A stretch of DNA of 63,740 nucleotides, the filler included, from Phoronis australis (Eukaryota; Animalia; Phoronida), in assembly GCA_002633005.1 (NCBI GenBank). It is 7 parts of 7 records of this genome, joined end to end, with 100 filler letters (N's around TTAATTAATTAA, not from the genome) between each part and the next. Parts side by side here need not be neighbours in the genome. Positions count along the whole stretch, not along the records: positions 36,106 to 39,290 come from NMRA01003161.1; positions 39,391 to 57,646 come from NMRA01001470.1; 5 more parts are not named here. One strand, given 5' to 3'. Shown piece by piece: positions 37,331 through 51,926 of this stretch (positions are counted from its first letter, which is position 1; each line of letters begins with the position of its first letter). The position numbers and the translations under genes are program-made. The notes below the pieces were generated by a model. That model saw nothing but the letters and a program-made list of their open reading frames with translations, did not search any database and was not told the origin of the DNA.

Positions 37331-39290
37331 TGCTTTTTTTTAGACTATAAGAAACTGAACAGTGTAACTAAAGGTTATTCGTTCTTTCTACCGAAAATTG
37401 ATGACATATTGAACGATCTTAGGGGTTCAAGTATTTATAGTTCATTGGACTTACAGTGTACGTAGTGGTTTCTGGCAGATTCAAATGCACCCTGATGACA
37501 AAGAAAAGACAGCCTTCTCTCCGGGATTTTCAACTGGTCACAATCTCTACCAATTTCAAGTTATGCCATTCGGACTTTGCAATAGTCCCAGTTTCTTCCA
37601 AGAACTCATGTCAATCGTTTTAGTAAAGGACTCCCTTTTGCTCGGGCCTGTATCGATGATTGCATTATTTACAGTATAAGTGTCACTGAACACGTCGAAC
37701 ATCTGAAAATCGTTTTCCAACGCCTCAGAGAACATAATTTGAAGTTGAAATTGTCCAAATGCCAATTTCTCAAGCCTCAAACGAACTATCTGGGTTTCAT
37801 AGTAGATAAAGAAGGGATCCGCCCTGATCCAGCCAAAATTTCGGCTATTAGATCAATGAAACGACCAGCCACGGTAAAAGAAGTAAGAGCACTACAAGGA
37901 ATCCTGTCATACTATCGAAGGTTTATTCCTAACTTGGCAGGCATTATGACTCCATTGACTGAACTGACCGAGAGGTATGCCAGATCAGATTTAAATGGAC
38001 ACCTGAATGCGAAAACGCTTTCAAATTTATCAAAGAACACCTTTCCGCCGTTCCGATGCTAAATTATCCTGATCCCAAATTGAGTTATATCATATACACC
38101 GATGCGAGTGATTTTGCAATTGGGGCCTGTTTGGTACAAAAGTGTCAAGATGAAGATGTTGAAAAACCTATCTACTTTATGTCGCAAAAACTGACTGACA
38201 CGCAAAAGCGTTGGGCAACCATTGAAAATGAATGTTTCGCAGTATTGATGGCCCTTAAGAAATTCGAATACTACATTTACAATTCCAAAATCACGCTTTT
38301 CACGGACCATATGCCCCTCATTTATTTGCTTAAAAGCGACATACAAAATAAGAAAGTGGCGCAATGGTCGGTACTCATCTCGGCTTATGATGTTCAAATT
38401 AAACATATTCCGGGCAAGGATAACACGATAGCTGACTTGCTGAGCAGAGCGCCCTCCAACGACGATAATGCGATTGACGAGGAAACTCTCGATACAGACG
38501 ATAGGACTTTTGAGGTTCAGGCTTCGATAGCACAAGTTAATGTAGTAGATAACAGCAGAATTGATCCTAAATCTCATGAAATGGAGAGTCCTCCAATACC
38601 TAATTTTACCTCTGAATTGCAAATGCCTAAGTTAGAACTGAATATGCATGAGGAACAAAAGAAAGATCAAGAGTGTAGGACAATAATCGATGAACTGTCG
38701 TTTCCTAAGCCCAGCAAAAGAATTGGAAATAAGTATTTACTCAAAGAAAATGTTCTATATTATGTTTCCGACAATCACGGCGACGTCAAGATTCGTCTGT
38801 ACGTCCCTGAACATTTACAGTCGCTAGTCATCAAACAATATCACGATCAACTAGGACATGCAGGAATAGATCGAACATATCAGTCGTCTAGGAAAAGTTA
38901 TTTCTGGCCGAGAATGTTTAAAGACATTGAGAAGTATGTTTCAGAATGCGTTACATGCCAGGAACGAAATCTAAAAGCAGTTAAATCTCCGCTAGGGGCG
39001 TCTAATGTTGTGAACGGCCCCTGACAACAAATAGCAATAGATTGTGTCGGTCCTATGAAACCATTACCCAGTGGTAACCGATATATTTTTACTCTGACTG
39101 ACTGGTTTTCAAATTATACGTTGTTGTATCCGATGCCGGATAAGAGTGCCGCCACAATCGCACGAATCCTGACCACTGATACCTTTTGTAGATTCGGTAT
39201 AATGAACATTTTGGTCTGAATTTGTAAACAAAACAGTAAAAGATGTTTTGGAATCATTTAACATTCGGCATGTTACCACAAGTTTTTACA
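37331..39290 (+). pseudogene. Gypsy/Ty3 pol remnant: RT, RNase H, integrase
   Basis: LDYKKLN, MPFGLCNSP, KCQF..YLGF, YTDASDFAIGA, TDH.PL, GKDNTIADLLSR, HHCC zinc finger (HDQLGH...CVTC) and integrase core IAIDCVGP. Frameshifts and a stop at 39022-39024. Ends at a gap. Confidence 0.93.
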
Positions 39291-39390
39291 NNNNNNNNNN
39301 NNNNNNNNNNNNNNNNNNNNNNNNNNNNNNNNNNTTAATTAATTAANNNNNNNNNNNNNNNNNNNNNNNNNNNNNNNNNNNNNNNNNNNN

Positions 39391-39900
39391 TTGAACAAGT
39401 TTTTAATGAAATTCGCGGACTTACAAATCAAGAATATGAGCCGAACAACGAAGACAATGGAAGCGAAGAGGACTTTATAAATCAGTAAGTTTTTTCAATT
39501 TTGTATTTTATATGCTACCTCTTGGAAATCAGTGCAATCAAGTATTTTATTCCGAAATTGAACTTGAATTACTAACTAAGATACTGAATTTCTGAACCAT
39601 GTTTAAGAGATTGAAACATAGTAATTATTGATGCTGACAGTCGGTTACGTGAATACGTTGGCTGGACAACATGTGAAGACACCCAGAATGGTGTCTAGCA
39701 CACTACGATTCATAAAACCTGGCTCACACTTTGCAACTATGTTACGCGTGAAGATTTTCAATAGTGTAATTACTGAATTATATTCTGAAAATAACTATGA
39801 CTTGTAAATAATGATATAATTCTTATTTCAGGTTTAGGCAATTTCGTAAACAAAATGCGAGAAGAGTGAACCCGTCCAAACCACCACCGACGATAAGTTT
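39391..39900 (+). CDS. Two small in-phase exons of an unidentified gene (39391-39484, 39832-39900)
   Basis: CA|GTAAGT joined to TTTCAG|G gives EQVFNEIRGLTNQEYEPNNEDNGSEEDFINQFRQFRKQNARRVNPSKPPPTIS. No family recognised. Confidence 0.3.
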
Positions 39901-42900
39901 NTTAAAGCCACTTTTTTACAGGCGAGGTAAATACTATGAAAATTGCTTAAAAATTAAGTACACCTGTATGGTTACAGTAACTTATTTTGCTTCAATACAC
40001 CTGTGTGATACCTGCTTTAAGCATGATCACATACTACTTAGAAGGATTATATCTTTTGCCTATCGAAAACCCAGTTCTGTGGAAAAAACGATCCATCGGA
40101 TTCTTGACGTCGATGTCTTTTATTCACGTGACAAAATGCAATCGGGTTTTCGAAAGTGGGAGCTCAGGGTCGCAAGTTAAGTTTTGCTTACTTTATTTTG
40201 AAGTTGGCGAGAGTGGTTAAGATAACTAACAATAAGTGATTCAGGAAGCATTTTTCTAACTAACGTCGCTTAGTTGAAATTAGCCATGTAGATGCATGTT
40301 ATTTGACTAACGTTAATGCCAAATGACTGAAGGGAGCTTCATGCCATCGACTAACGCTTTCCGTGGGAAAAGTTAGAGTTCACCTGTGAATTTATCCCAT
40401 CAACTATTTTAGTGTGGGGACCTTAAGTCAAAATTCTCCAATTTGGATTCATGCCATCGGCTAATGTTTTCCAGTCAGAACCCACATAAGTCGTCGACTA
40501 ACGTTTTCAAAATCCTTCATTGCCAGGTTTCACTACTTCATGCCATCCACTAACTGTAAATTATATCGCTGACCTTTGTCTAAGTAGAATTTAACTACAG
40601 CTGTCAACATCAGCACTTCAAGAAATTTAAATGCAAGTTATGCCGGTTGTCCAACCTGAAATTGTGAACTCGGAAATGGCGTGTGCTTCTATTGTCTGAA
40701 ACTTGATTTGTAGGTTCATTTAACAATGAGCGAGGCAATTCCTGTAAACCCCAAAGTAATTCGGTTAAAAATTCATCACTGCCATCGGAAGATTGCCGAA
40801 ATGCACTTTTATAGAAAATTTGTAAAAATAAAATTTGCTGTGAAACGACGCCTGTGTCATGAAATCCGTGATATATTCATGATATTTATTACTTTGTATG
40901 TTGTTTTGATAGTATTATTAATCTTATTAGTATTGTTATTTTGCTAGGAGATTGTTTATGTCTATAGTAACTCGTTTTGGCTTTCAGCTGAGTCTGTGCC
41001 TCATCGGTGCATCCACATGTTTTGATGAAAGTCTGTAGTAAATTAGATTATGTAATGGTCATTCACAGAATCATTGCCACCAGACAGCAAAATGGTAAAC
41101 ACAATACATTATTTCTGACAATTGTTGTGAAAGTTCCTAGAGTTGTTGGCTATTATTTCCTGTAGAACCTTGAATCATGAAGTTTGGTGACAGTTGACTT
41201 ACATTACAGCTTGACAGTATAAACACAGAAAGTTAGCTAAAATTATAGCATAGCCTCGTGAAAAAGATCATCTGGATAGTTAAAAGCCACGGTTTTTGTC
41301 TTAGTCAGTGGATTAAGCCCCTTGGTCAGCGGTATCCACCAGAACTAGATTTACAACCAATGTTTGAAGTAAACATTTCAAGTCGCTAAAGACTGATACA
41401 TCCGCATAAACAACAAGTCATTTCAAAATACACGGCTAAATCACAATCAAGGTCTATGTTCCAGAAGTTAGTGACTGTGTTACGGTCTAAAATTAATTTT
41501 TGGTTACTTAACAAATACCAACTGAATCTCATATGCAAAGTATTATTTAGTTGTGTACAAGTTAAAAAAGAATAATCAAAATCAGACTATGTGTGAAAAA
41601 TGTATGGATGTTTTTGTCATTGAATTTCATGCATTTTTAGCGTTAGGAGTGGTCATTTAAAATTAAAATTTTCAACTATCAACAGTAGATAAGAAATTGA
41701 TGAAGTTGTGCTTAATCATTGAGAAATGGTAGGGTTCATCATAAAAGAGACACTGTTACGCAATTTGTAAATTCTGTTTCTAATCCTCACCTATTGTAAA
41801 GAAGGTTAAATACTAAAGTTGGCACTCTCTAGTAAAAAGACCTGCTGACTATGTTAGCCTAGGCAACACAGCAAATTATTCAATATCTAAACAAAGCTTG
41901 GATATTGAATGGGTTCTGGTATGTTGAAAATGGGACAAAAGGGCTAACAAAATGTACTGTACTATTTCCATGTGGAATTCAGCAGCACAAATGGTCATTA
42001 CAAATAAAATTATTGCCTTTTAAATTACAACATGGTGCTTACTATCATCAAAGAAAATTAAATGGCCATACAACATTATGCACTAACAGTGATGTAGTAT
42101 ACGTACCTCCTTTTGTAGTGTACGTATCCCCATGTTTACAAATGGCATGAAATTAATTTGTCACTTGGTAAGTGATCAATATCTGTCATAGACAGTTTCC
42201 TTCCTTAAAAATGTTAGGTTAAAGGGTTTATTTTTGAAATACATTTGTTTTGAGTGAAATATTACCATTTGCATAGAGTTCGTACTCCTATATTTTAACA
42301 TGTAACTGTTTTCAAAGAATGACAGACAGAAATGCAAATGTACTTTTTATTTGTTCTCTTTGAAAAGATTTAGTAAATGAACTCTCAGTAGAGTCTAAGT
42401 AATTTTTACAAGTCTGGGATGTCATTGGAATGTAGTGTACGAACCCTTGTGTAATGTACGTGCCTTCAACCTTTGTGCTACCAAGTACCCACAGGTATTT
42501 CTACATTCTGCTGTTCTCATGAGTAATACTGATTTTTCCAAAGTGCATCCAGTCTGACAAAAAGAACAATGGACGTTATCAAATTTGTGGGCAACAAAAT
42601 CCCACACAGGACTCTGCTAGAAGCATCCTAAACTGGCAGCACAAAAATCGAGACCATCTCATAAATTTGTAACTTAAAATGAGACGTTGATAGACTTGCG
42701 TAGTGTAGGCCTACGTACCTCCAACCAATACCATTTTCACTGCTCACAAGTTGAACACTGGGCCTGCCCTAGCATTGCTTTAACTATTTGGACCAACTCG
42801 TGAATGTATTCAAAGGTATGCAAATAGCACCTATGAACTTTTTGAAAAAAGTATTTGTTTGTCATTTTCTTTTTGTCTCATTATACTGTGTTAAGATATG

Positions 42901-44828
42901 CAATGTGTCATCATCTAGAACAAGTTAATCAGCGCGGTAATAACTTTTCTTACTTTAGTATGTGATACTTCTTCAATTTTATCAAGAACTCATTAGATTA
43001 ACAGCTGTCTTATGCATTTTTGCAGGATATAAGTGTGCTGTCACCACAAGTTGTAGTGTACGTACACTTCTATACCCAACTGTCAGTGGTGCATAAAGGC
43101 CATCAAATTTCATTCCAAGGTTCATGTGCAAAAATATTTTTGATTACAAACCTGGAATGATAGTAGTCATGCTAAAGTAACCTAGCTTGACACTTAAATG
43201 ACAATCTTCTTTTTCACCAAAAGTGGCCAGCGAAAATGGAACTTCACATTTTGCGATTTGCCCAACAACAAATAAAATAGAACTTGCAGATGGGTAGACA
43301 CATACAATTGACACATATCATGACTCTGGATACAAATCAAATTTCACCTGATATCTTCCCCTGCTAATTTGCAAGTGTCACGCGCCAATCCCACGCGCTG
43401 CACTCAGTCTCGCGCTAACCTTTGCCTAACTCACGTGACTGTGATTCAGTCGCACAGGCGTTGAAGAAGTTAACGGTGACCAGAAATTGGAGTTGGAATC
43501 TCTTCGCCAAAGTCACCTTAATTGTAGTAGCTAATCTTCGTCGGAGATGTGAGTAGATGTAGAAAGGACCGCTGAATACATTAAGCGCTTTTTAAGTGAT
43601 ATAGTCCGATTACCTCTCGTCGTCAGTCTCCAAAGGTCGTCCGCCATCTTGTTTCGCGTGCAGCGCTGCCACGCGGGACTTAGCGTTCCAATTTGGAACG
43701 CTCGTCTGCACGTTAGGTACTAACCTCTCGGGAGAAACACGCGTGGAAGAACTGAGACTAAAATTAATGCATTTACCGACTGTTTTTTTGAGACCACTTA
43801 AAAACTTGTTGATTTTACTAATGCACTTTTTTGTTCATTTTCAGAAGATATTTTCGAAATTAAATTTTCTTCAGACGGAACAAAAAGCAACCCAGGGATT
43901 GTTTATGCAATGTATCTATTTGTCCCAGGCACTAACCGACATCTGTTAGGCCAAAGGAAAAACGCAGCAGACAAATGGAACACGCTGGGTGCTTAACAGT
44001 TTCGGCCCACGCCTTGGTCATCAAAATATTGTTCACTTGTTTTTTTATTGCAAAACACAGTACTGAACTCAACATTTATGTTGAAAATTTTGGTTAAAGC
44101 ATTTTGAATTTATTTGAAGAAAATTAAAATACTTGAATTGATAGAGAATGGCCACCAATAAAGTAAAACATTGACTTTATTTCACTATATTGCATTTGTT
44201 ACATACAACACAGCATGACATAATCAAAAATAAAAGAAGAGATTGAGCAATAAAATTCAAATGCAACTTGGGTATTTATTTATTTATTTATGAATGCAGA
44301 AGCCTGTTAAAGATGAGAAAAAATCAAACAATACAATTATGGGTAATTTATTAGAACAATTGTATCGAGGTTCAATGATCAACTTGCCGGCGCCGACAAA
44401 GTCTCAAAGGGTTACAGTTCTGTTTTGGCTGACAAGGTGTTAACAGAGAATGAAGAGAAACTGAAAAAAAAGAAAGACAGCAGAGATAAGTGGTATTAAG
44501 AACAGGAGCAAAAAGTCAAATAAAGAGGTCACAAATACAAAATTAGTAAGGTCTATCCGGAATAAAACAATTGCAAATTATTTTCCAGAACTGAATTTCT
44601 AAATCAATTTTAATCGATTTAAAAATCCATATCATACTAGTAAAACTGTTTGTGGTTGAAGTAGAATTGCTGTAAACCACTTTCCACTATTTTCTTGGCC
44701 TTTTTCTGCATGGTTTTCTGTTCTTTCAAAAGGCGGCAGCACATGACGACCATAGGTGTCATTATAAAATGGCTGCCGAAAAGCAATGCACAGTTGAACA
44801 ACTCAGCTTAAGTAAAAGAAAACGTTTG

Positions 44829-45045
44829 AATCAACGAATACTATATATTTGTAAGAGTTAAATCAAGTCCTATTCAGATCATAACTTTGAAGTGGAATAA
44901 TTGGGTGAGTAAGACAACAAGCCGGTTTTATGCTTAGGCGGACGACTATAGGGTTTCGGAGTGNGTGGAATAATTGGGTGAGTAAGACAACAAGCCGGTT
45001 TTATGCTTAGGCGGACGACTATAGGGTTTCGGAGTGTATATCCGC
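44829..45045 (+). repeat. Dispersed repeat with an inverted copy at 57500-57646
   Basis: TATTCAGATCATAACTTTGAAGTGGAATAATT..TTTTATGCTTAGGCGGACGA is matched in reverse complement at 57530-57605. Confidence 0.8.
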
Positions 45046-47959
45046 TAAATAACGGGCCCATTAATCGATGACAGCCTGATTCTCTAAATCAGGGACTGCT
45101 ATATCCGACCAGTGCCTGAATGGTTAGCATGCTAGGGAGAGTAAATCTACAGTCAGTGTACCCTATCGCAGTCGTTTTGGTTTCCTTTTTGTTTTAACAT
45201 TGATTGACTTTGTCTGTCTTTGTCATGTGAGACTGAGAGGACGTTTTGAGACAATCGACTATGCGATTAGACAGAAATAAAGTTGAAAACAATATAAAAA
45301 TATACAACCACTTGCCTCCTTAGAAAACCACTCGCCAACACCTTCCATTTTTTTATTTGAGTCTTAAACGTGAACACACAACCTGTTTCACTAGTTGCTC
45401 ATGCTGCAAAGTTTGAAACATGCGCCATATTTGACAACAGTGCCATCTAGAGGCAGTGCATTCATCAAAACTGTAAATTTTGTTTGAATAAATCAATTGT
45501 TTACATTGTAAAGCACTACAAAACATTTTGATGATGGTAATACAAATAATATAATCTATAGTAAGTTTAAATTGATGACTTAGATACTATCTTAAAAAAT
45601 TATCTTTCAATAAACTCATTTGATTTGCATTTTGTACCCACTCTTTGAACTGGGGCGGCAGGTATCAAAAAGTCATTTAATCTCGTTTGTTGTGCTTTGA
45701 AGAACGACAACTGAATTATGGATATGCAGGGCCAGCATAATGCAGGCGATCCGGTGGAATGCTTGAGTGTAAGTTACAGTTATGGAATAGCCTATACAAT
45801 AACGTAAGTTTAAGTTAGGAAAATGCTATTAGCAAAGTCGAAATCGGAAACCCCTTCGCTCTTTCTCCTGCCCGGCTAGGCCGGGCTACGGGCACGGCAC
45901 AGCTGAGCGTAGAAGCATCACAATTCACTCGCAAGATGTAGTTTACAGGCTTACCGAATTTGGGCATTAGTCGGGGTCTGATTGTAGTGGTTACAGGTTT
46001 TGTGAACCAGATAATCTATTGTGAAAAAGATTCTAGACAGTGCCACCGTCTCTTGACTCTGCTTATAAGTAGGGTGAGCAAACCCAAATACAAATTTCAT
46101 CAGAAACACTTGAAAAGAGTGTTAAATGATAGCTTTAGACATGCCGTTTATAAAACTTTTTGAATTTTTCAAATCGGTTCGGTGGTTCTCGAGTTATTTG
46201 AATTTTAGAGCCTCAAAAAGGGCCTTTTTTTCAGCAAACGGTACCCAGAAATTTCAGGTCACAGAAAATGGCAAGTTTAGACAACTATATTTGGGAATCC
46301 ATAGCTCACAATGTTCTTAAAACAAGATGGAGAGTCCTTTGCAAGTAGGTTAACAACGTGACATAGACACCAAACCACAAATTATTATATTTTGCACGAA
46401 CAAGAACAACAAAAATTGAAAAATTCACCATCGACNAACGGCACCCAGAAATTTCAGGCCACAGAAAATGGCAAGTTTAGACAACTATATTTGGGAATCC
46501 ATAGCTCACAGTGTTCTTAAAACAAGATGGAGAGTCTTTTGCAAGTAGGTTAACAACATGGCATAGACACCAAACCACAACTTATTATATTTTGCACGAA
46601 CAAGAGCAACAAAAATTGAAAAATTCACCATCGACTTAGTTTTTTTTCGGCTTGTGACCGGACATTTTTGCCCCTGAAGCCAAGTTGAACAAGTGATGTT
46701 TTAAAAAGACAGCAACTTATTACCTTGAAAATGACAAAACCCTTCAAGAATTACTATGGTTTAGTGAACATGTTTCTTTTGCTCCAAAAGATTTTGAAAT
46801 AATTCTAAAAGATGAAATTTGCATAACAAATGAATTCAAAATGAACAAAAACCAGAAAACTAGTCTTTTTCAAAGTATTTCGTTATTTATTTAAAAACCT
46901 GTGAGGTTATGTAAATTAATCTTTTTTCCCAAGTAAGATCAATGTTTTCANGCATAACAAATGAATTCAAAATGAACAAAAACCAGAAAACTAGTCTTTT
47001 TCAGAGTATTTCGTTATTTATTTAAAAGCCTGTGAGGTTATGTAAATTAATCTTTTTTCCCAAGTAAGATCAATGTTTTCACAATCTTAAATTGCACACA
47101 AAATGACAAAAAATGATAATATGCATTTTTAATTAAACAAAATTAAATTGGACCCTAAAATTTCAACTAATTTTAAATCCATTTCATTCCTATCAAATAA
47201 TATAGAAACTGAGAGGTGTTGTGTTGGTGACTATCCAAAAGAGCATATTTGTATTCTAAAATGTTTTGATGCACTGCAGCGTTGACTGAACATTTATTTT
47301 GGTGAAATATGTAATTTTCTAAAAATGAAGCTGATCACAGCGCCCCCACGAGGTAGTAAAAGTGTAACAAAAAATATTTTTGAAGAAAATAGGAAAAAAT
47401 GACTCTATCTCCAAAATTGAAGTAAATTAAATTTTAAAACTATTCTATATTATTTTAATGAAAATATTTTACCAGGTTTGGACCACNCGATTATGTCATG
47501 CAAAAATCTTGTCGTCGAGAATTCGCGCGCCATACAGAAACAAACCAAGTCAGCATGAGTATAAACGCAATGCGCTGCCAATTAAATCTCTTTTCTCAAT
47601 TCCGTGTCTCTAAATACTTAGTCGTTAGATCCACCCGCCATAAATTCTGAAGTTTGCTAAAGTGACTACCCAGTGATTTATCATACGTCACAAAATAATA
47701 TTAATTTGAAAAAGAATATGATTATATATTACATATCAGTAAGTTTTGAATTGTGATGTGAGGTGTAGCCGGAATTGTTTCTAAACACTGAGAATACATC
47801 ACGATGAAACTGATCTTTAAATTGTGAGCCGTAAAATTGCGAGTCAAACAGTTTATTTTGGCTCCGGTATATTTGTGAGATATTTGTGGCGCTTGGTATA
47901 GGCAATAGAGTATCTTATAAAGGATCTGGAAAATTACAACCACTCGTTAAAACTCTTAC

Positions 47960-50900
47960 CCCTTCTCCTGGAGGGAAATCTATATAAAACGGATGTTCCG
48001 ACATTCGACGTTTGACGTCAGTGATAAAATTTGCATACGCACCCTGGTGTTTGGGCTCGTAAACAGTGATGTCGATCGTACCTGCAAGGTAATACAGTTG
48101 TCGATTGGTGATTCGTAAATTTCCAAAGCATAAATCTAATAACAAATTGCCTTGTATGTTGATGTTCAAGTCATCATGCCATGGCACTAATTCTAAACAT
48201 TTAGGCTGTAAAGAATTAAGACTAAGTGTTAATTTTGTTTTTGAAAACTAAACTGTAACAATAGTCTTTTCGAAAACGAATGAAAATTACTTTTGAAGAA
48301 TTTGTTTAAAAGATTGTGGATAGTGGTGAAACAAATGGATAACAACTTTCAATAAAATGCACGTACTTTCTCTGGCGCATCCTGATTATTTTTTTACAAA
48401 TTGACTACCTTCAAGTGCCTGCTTCGCTTGTTCGTCTTTGCCGTCATTTCCCTGCCAGGTTTGAACGCCTTGGAAAGACGAGTATACCATTTCGGTGGTG
48501 AAAAACGCGTAATCTCCGTTCAACATTTCCAACTCGTCGGCGTGAATCATGAAGTCGCGCGCGTCTCCAGGGTAACACAGCAGGAAGAACACTAAAGAAG
48601 GTGAGCAGCTGTTATACGGACACCTATACAAACCACTAAAATAGGAGCCTGAATTTGTAATTCTATTGTCCTCTCACCATAGTGCCTGAACGCGGTGTGG
48701 AGGGACACTAAAACAACGTTTGGAGATTTCATTTGAACTGTTTAAAAACTTGAGAAATTTTCATTCAGAAATTTTTTTAAGGCCACGGTTTGATATGAAA
48801 CTCAGTCCTTCGACATATGCTATACACAACTCTGGGCGGTCGGTGAATGTATTTTATAGGCGCTTCAGTATCCTCATTGGTCACCTTTGGCAAAGTTTTG
48901 GGTCCGCTCCGGCACTCACCTCTCACTTTCTCTTTGACTTCGCTCAACACTTGAGTGTGAGACTTGCCCGTTCTGGTCGAGTGGGTCTCCTTAATTTGAC
49001 CCTCAAACATGCTGACGTACGTGACGTCAAGGCCCCAGGATTCCAACGAATCCTGTTAAAACAAAGAATCCGTAATGTCTCAGATTTTCTGTCATGTTAA
49101 AGGAGATAGAAATGATCTAGAAAACGCGTTTATGGACGTAAGTTAATTCTTTGATAAACGCCAGAAACAAAATACAAGGAAGACAACAAGTAGAACACAA
49201 GGTTTAGACACCCTCGATTCTAAAAATATGCTAAAATACTTTTTAAAGTATGGCAAATTCCAGTTCGACTTGAAAATTTTGTTTGTAAATTCTGCCTGTT
49301 GATGAGTTTCCTTGAAAGGTACTCGTCGCTATAATTTTTTGTGGATAAAATTATTCGTGTCGTTTGAACGCCATTGAATGGTCATAGTGAGAGATTTTAG
49401 ACAACTATGGGTTACCTGGAGGAAAACGGCCGTCAAAGTCCAGTGGTAGGCAGCTGATGGTACCAGGGCGATACGCGTCCAGTTGTAGTGCGTGGCGATA
49501 GCATAAATTATGCTGTCCAAATTTTCGCTCGGGGGCAACGTCCTTGCAAATGTTGGATAAGTGCCTTTGTCACTTAAAACTGTGGAAATGCACCCGTAAC
49601 TAATCATGGGGATTTCCCATGCGGCCGCCAGGAGTGCACCAGGTTCGCATATGGCGTCACATGCTGGTCCTGCAGAAACAAAAGTGGCACCACTCATATA
49701 GGAAGACTGAAGCTTTGAAAACCTCGGAGGCCAAATATTGACATTTTTGCCCTTAAGCTTTATTTTCGCACGTTTAGCTTTCAATTCTGAATTCTTAACC
49801 GATGAACATTACCACGCTCACCCGATCTTGAATTACCGTCGAATGAGGGCGCCATTTTCGAATCCTCTATCTTAGGGTTGGCCAACCCCAATAAACTCCG
49901 ATTCAAGTGTTTTTTAGTCACACTGGTGGCTTCCATGTTCTTGTTGGTAACGGAAACAAAATCCTATCACGGTAACAATTTCGCAAGACCGGTTTTATGA
50001 GACTAAAAGACCTAATTCGATTTTCATTTTGAGCCCGCTTAACAGGACGAACTGCACCTTCAATACACCTTTAACTTATAATTTATGTTTAGCATGCATG
50101 TATTTTGAGCAACAAATGAGTTTATTCGTCACAAGATAATCAATGTTATTTCCATTTCACTTATTAAATAATTTCGACCCTATTAAGTTACTTAAATACT
50201 GGTTTTAATGCTTGACTGTGCTCGTGTAGGTTCTTGCAAACCAATAGAAAATAGAAAGCAATAGCCAAACAAAACATCTTGATTAAGTGTGCATATTTTT
50301 TAATAGACAGCGTCAAGATGGTTTCTATTAAATGACCAATTATAATATTTCATGGATAATTTGTGGTTATATTTTTATTGGAGTGAATGTGTTATTTTTA
50401 GTTTAACAAACCGCTACAGGTACATTCTTGTTATCTTAAGTTATTAATTGTTGACCTGCCAACAGCCGTCAGCTTAAACGTCCATGTTCTGGAAAGGTCC
50501 GACCCATTAGAACTGAGAGAATATTCCTCACATGACCTGGAATGTGTTACGACACGACTGATTAATAACACCGAGTACGTAATTTTTTGATATTACATGG
50601 GCGAATCACAAAGTAGTGCAAAGTAGAAATGCATACGCCTTGCGCTTTATCGTCTGCAAAACAATAAAACAACCAAACGCGCGCCAATTAAAAATGCCGG
50701 AATTCCAAGAAGGTGGCGAGGTTATGACTGACAAATCGGGTGTCGCAACTGTACGTACTCCCAATCGAAAGGACATGAAAACAACTTTTTAAACGGACCC
50801 ATCTTCGGCGGCGGGATTTTGACGAAATTTCCAGTAGGTTTTGCCCACATGTCATAAACTTGAGACTCGTGTGGGATTCTCTATGACTGTACATCAACTG

Positions 50901-51926
50901 GACGTTTTCTATTACAATATTCTTTGTTGATTTTTGGGAAAGAAATAAAGGGGACACTTACCCTCAAAATCAAAGTGCTTATCTGGAAATAACTTAAAAC
51001 ATGTAGGTCACAACAGCTTTTAGCAGGACCCAGGGTATAATCTTTGCAGTCGAAATGGAACAAGAAATTATCTTTGGCATATTATATTCTATATTTTTGT
51101 GAACTCAAGATATGTTTCTGTTATTCTGTGCTCGAGTCCATTACGGTTTATGCAAATGAGTTTGTAGTCCAAATTCGCAATTGATGACCCCCAGATTTGA
51201 GCAAAAACTAGGGATTTCGAGTTCACACTTGAACGTTTAGCCTTAATACCTGGATCATCAAGTGCAAGCTAGGATTAGACAATTATTCATACAAGCCATT
51301 GGAGTACAAAATGCTATACACTAATCTTGAGTTCGCACAAATGTAGAATGGAAAATGCCAAAAATAATTTTGATGAAGATCACACCCCAGGCCCAGATGT
51401 ATGGCCGTAAGCACGTCGAATATCAAATATAAACCTGTTATCCTCACAGTAGTTTGAAAATTTCTGTAAACACGTCTCCTCAAGCGAGTGCTCTCAAACG
51501 TTTGAGTTGGAAACTTTATCTAAAACTTCCTCAATTTGTATTTTTTTTTGTTTTTGAGCAGCCTACGTCTCCGTAAACCGCCACCGTGTACATGCTTGTT
51601 ATCTCAACACAAGATGACTAAGTGATCAACTTACCAATCAGAGCGTCTGCACCTTTGTTGGACCAGATATCTACGATATGTTTAAGGCCAGTACTTGCAT
51701 CACATTTAGTGTCCCTCCACACAAAATCAACAGTGTGGTTATCCCGGCGAAGCATAGTCAATGTGGGGTCACTGTTTATAGCGTCTCTTGCGATCAGTGC
51801 CGCGCTGGCCGATTGTCGCCCGATCGGCCACGGGCCAGTTGTCGGAATTAAAACACCGACTGTGAATTTTCGGGCGTCAGCCAAACTTTGAATTCCAGTT
51901 AGATAGAGTAAGAGTGGTACATACAT
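47960..51926 (-). CDS. Natriuretic-peptide-receptor / receptor guanylyl cyclase-type extracellular (ANF-receptor) domain, partial. Exons 51926-51635, 49669-49416, 49052-48920, 48591-48409, 48081-47960
   Basis: Signal peptide, then FTVGVLIP, DTKCD, DALIGPACDAICEP..LAAAWEIPMISYGC..LSDKGTYPTFART, HYNWTRI, FMIHA..L.M.NGDYAF. All five exons join by GT-AG in phase. Later exons (TM, kinase-homology, cyclase) were not found. Confidence 0.88.

Noticed and set aside
43612-43650. Possible minus-strand first exon MADDLWRLTTR with a YY1-like AAGATGGCGG in a CpG-rich patch
   Set aside because: No convincing in-phase downstream exon or protein similarity. Too short to support.
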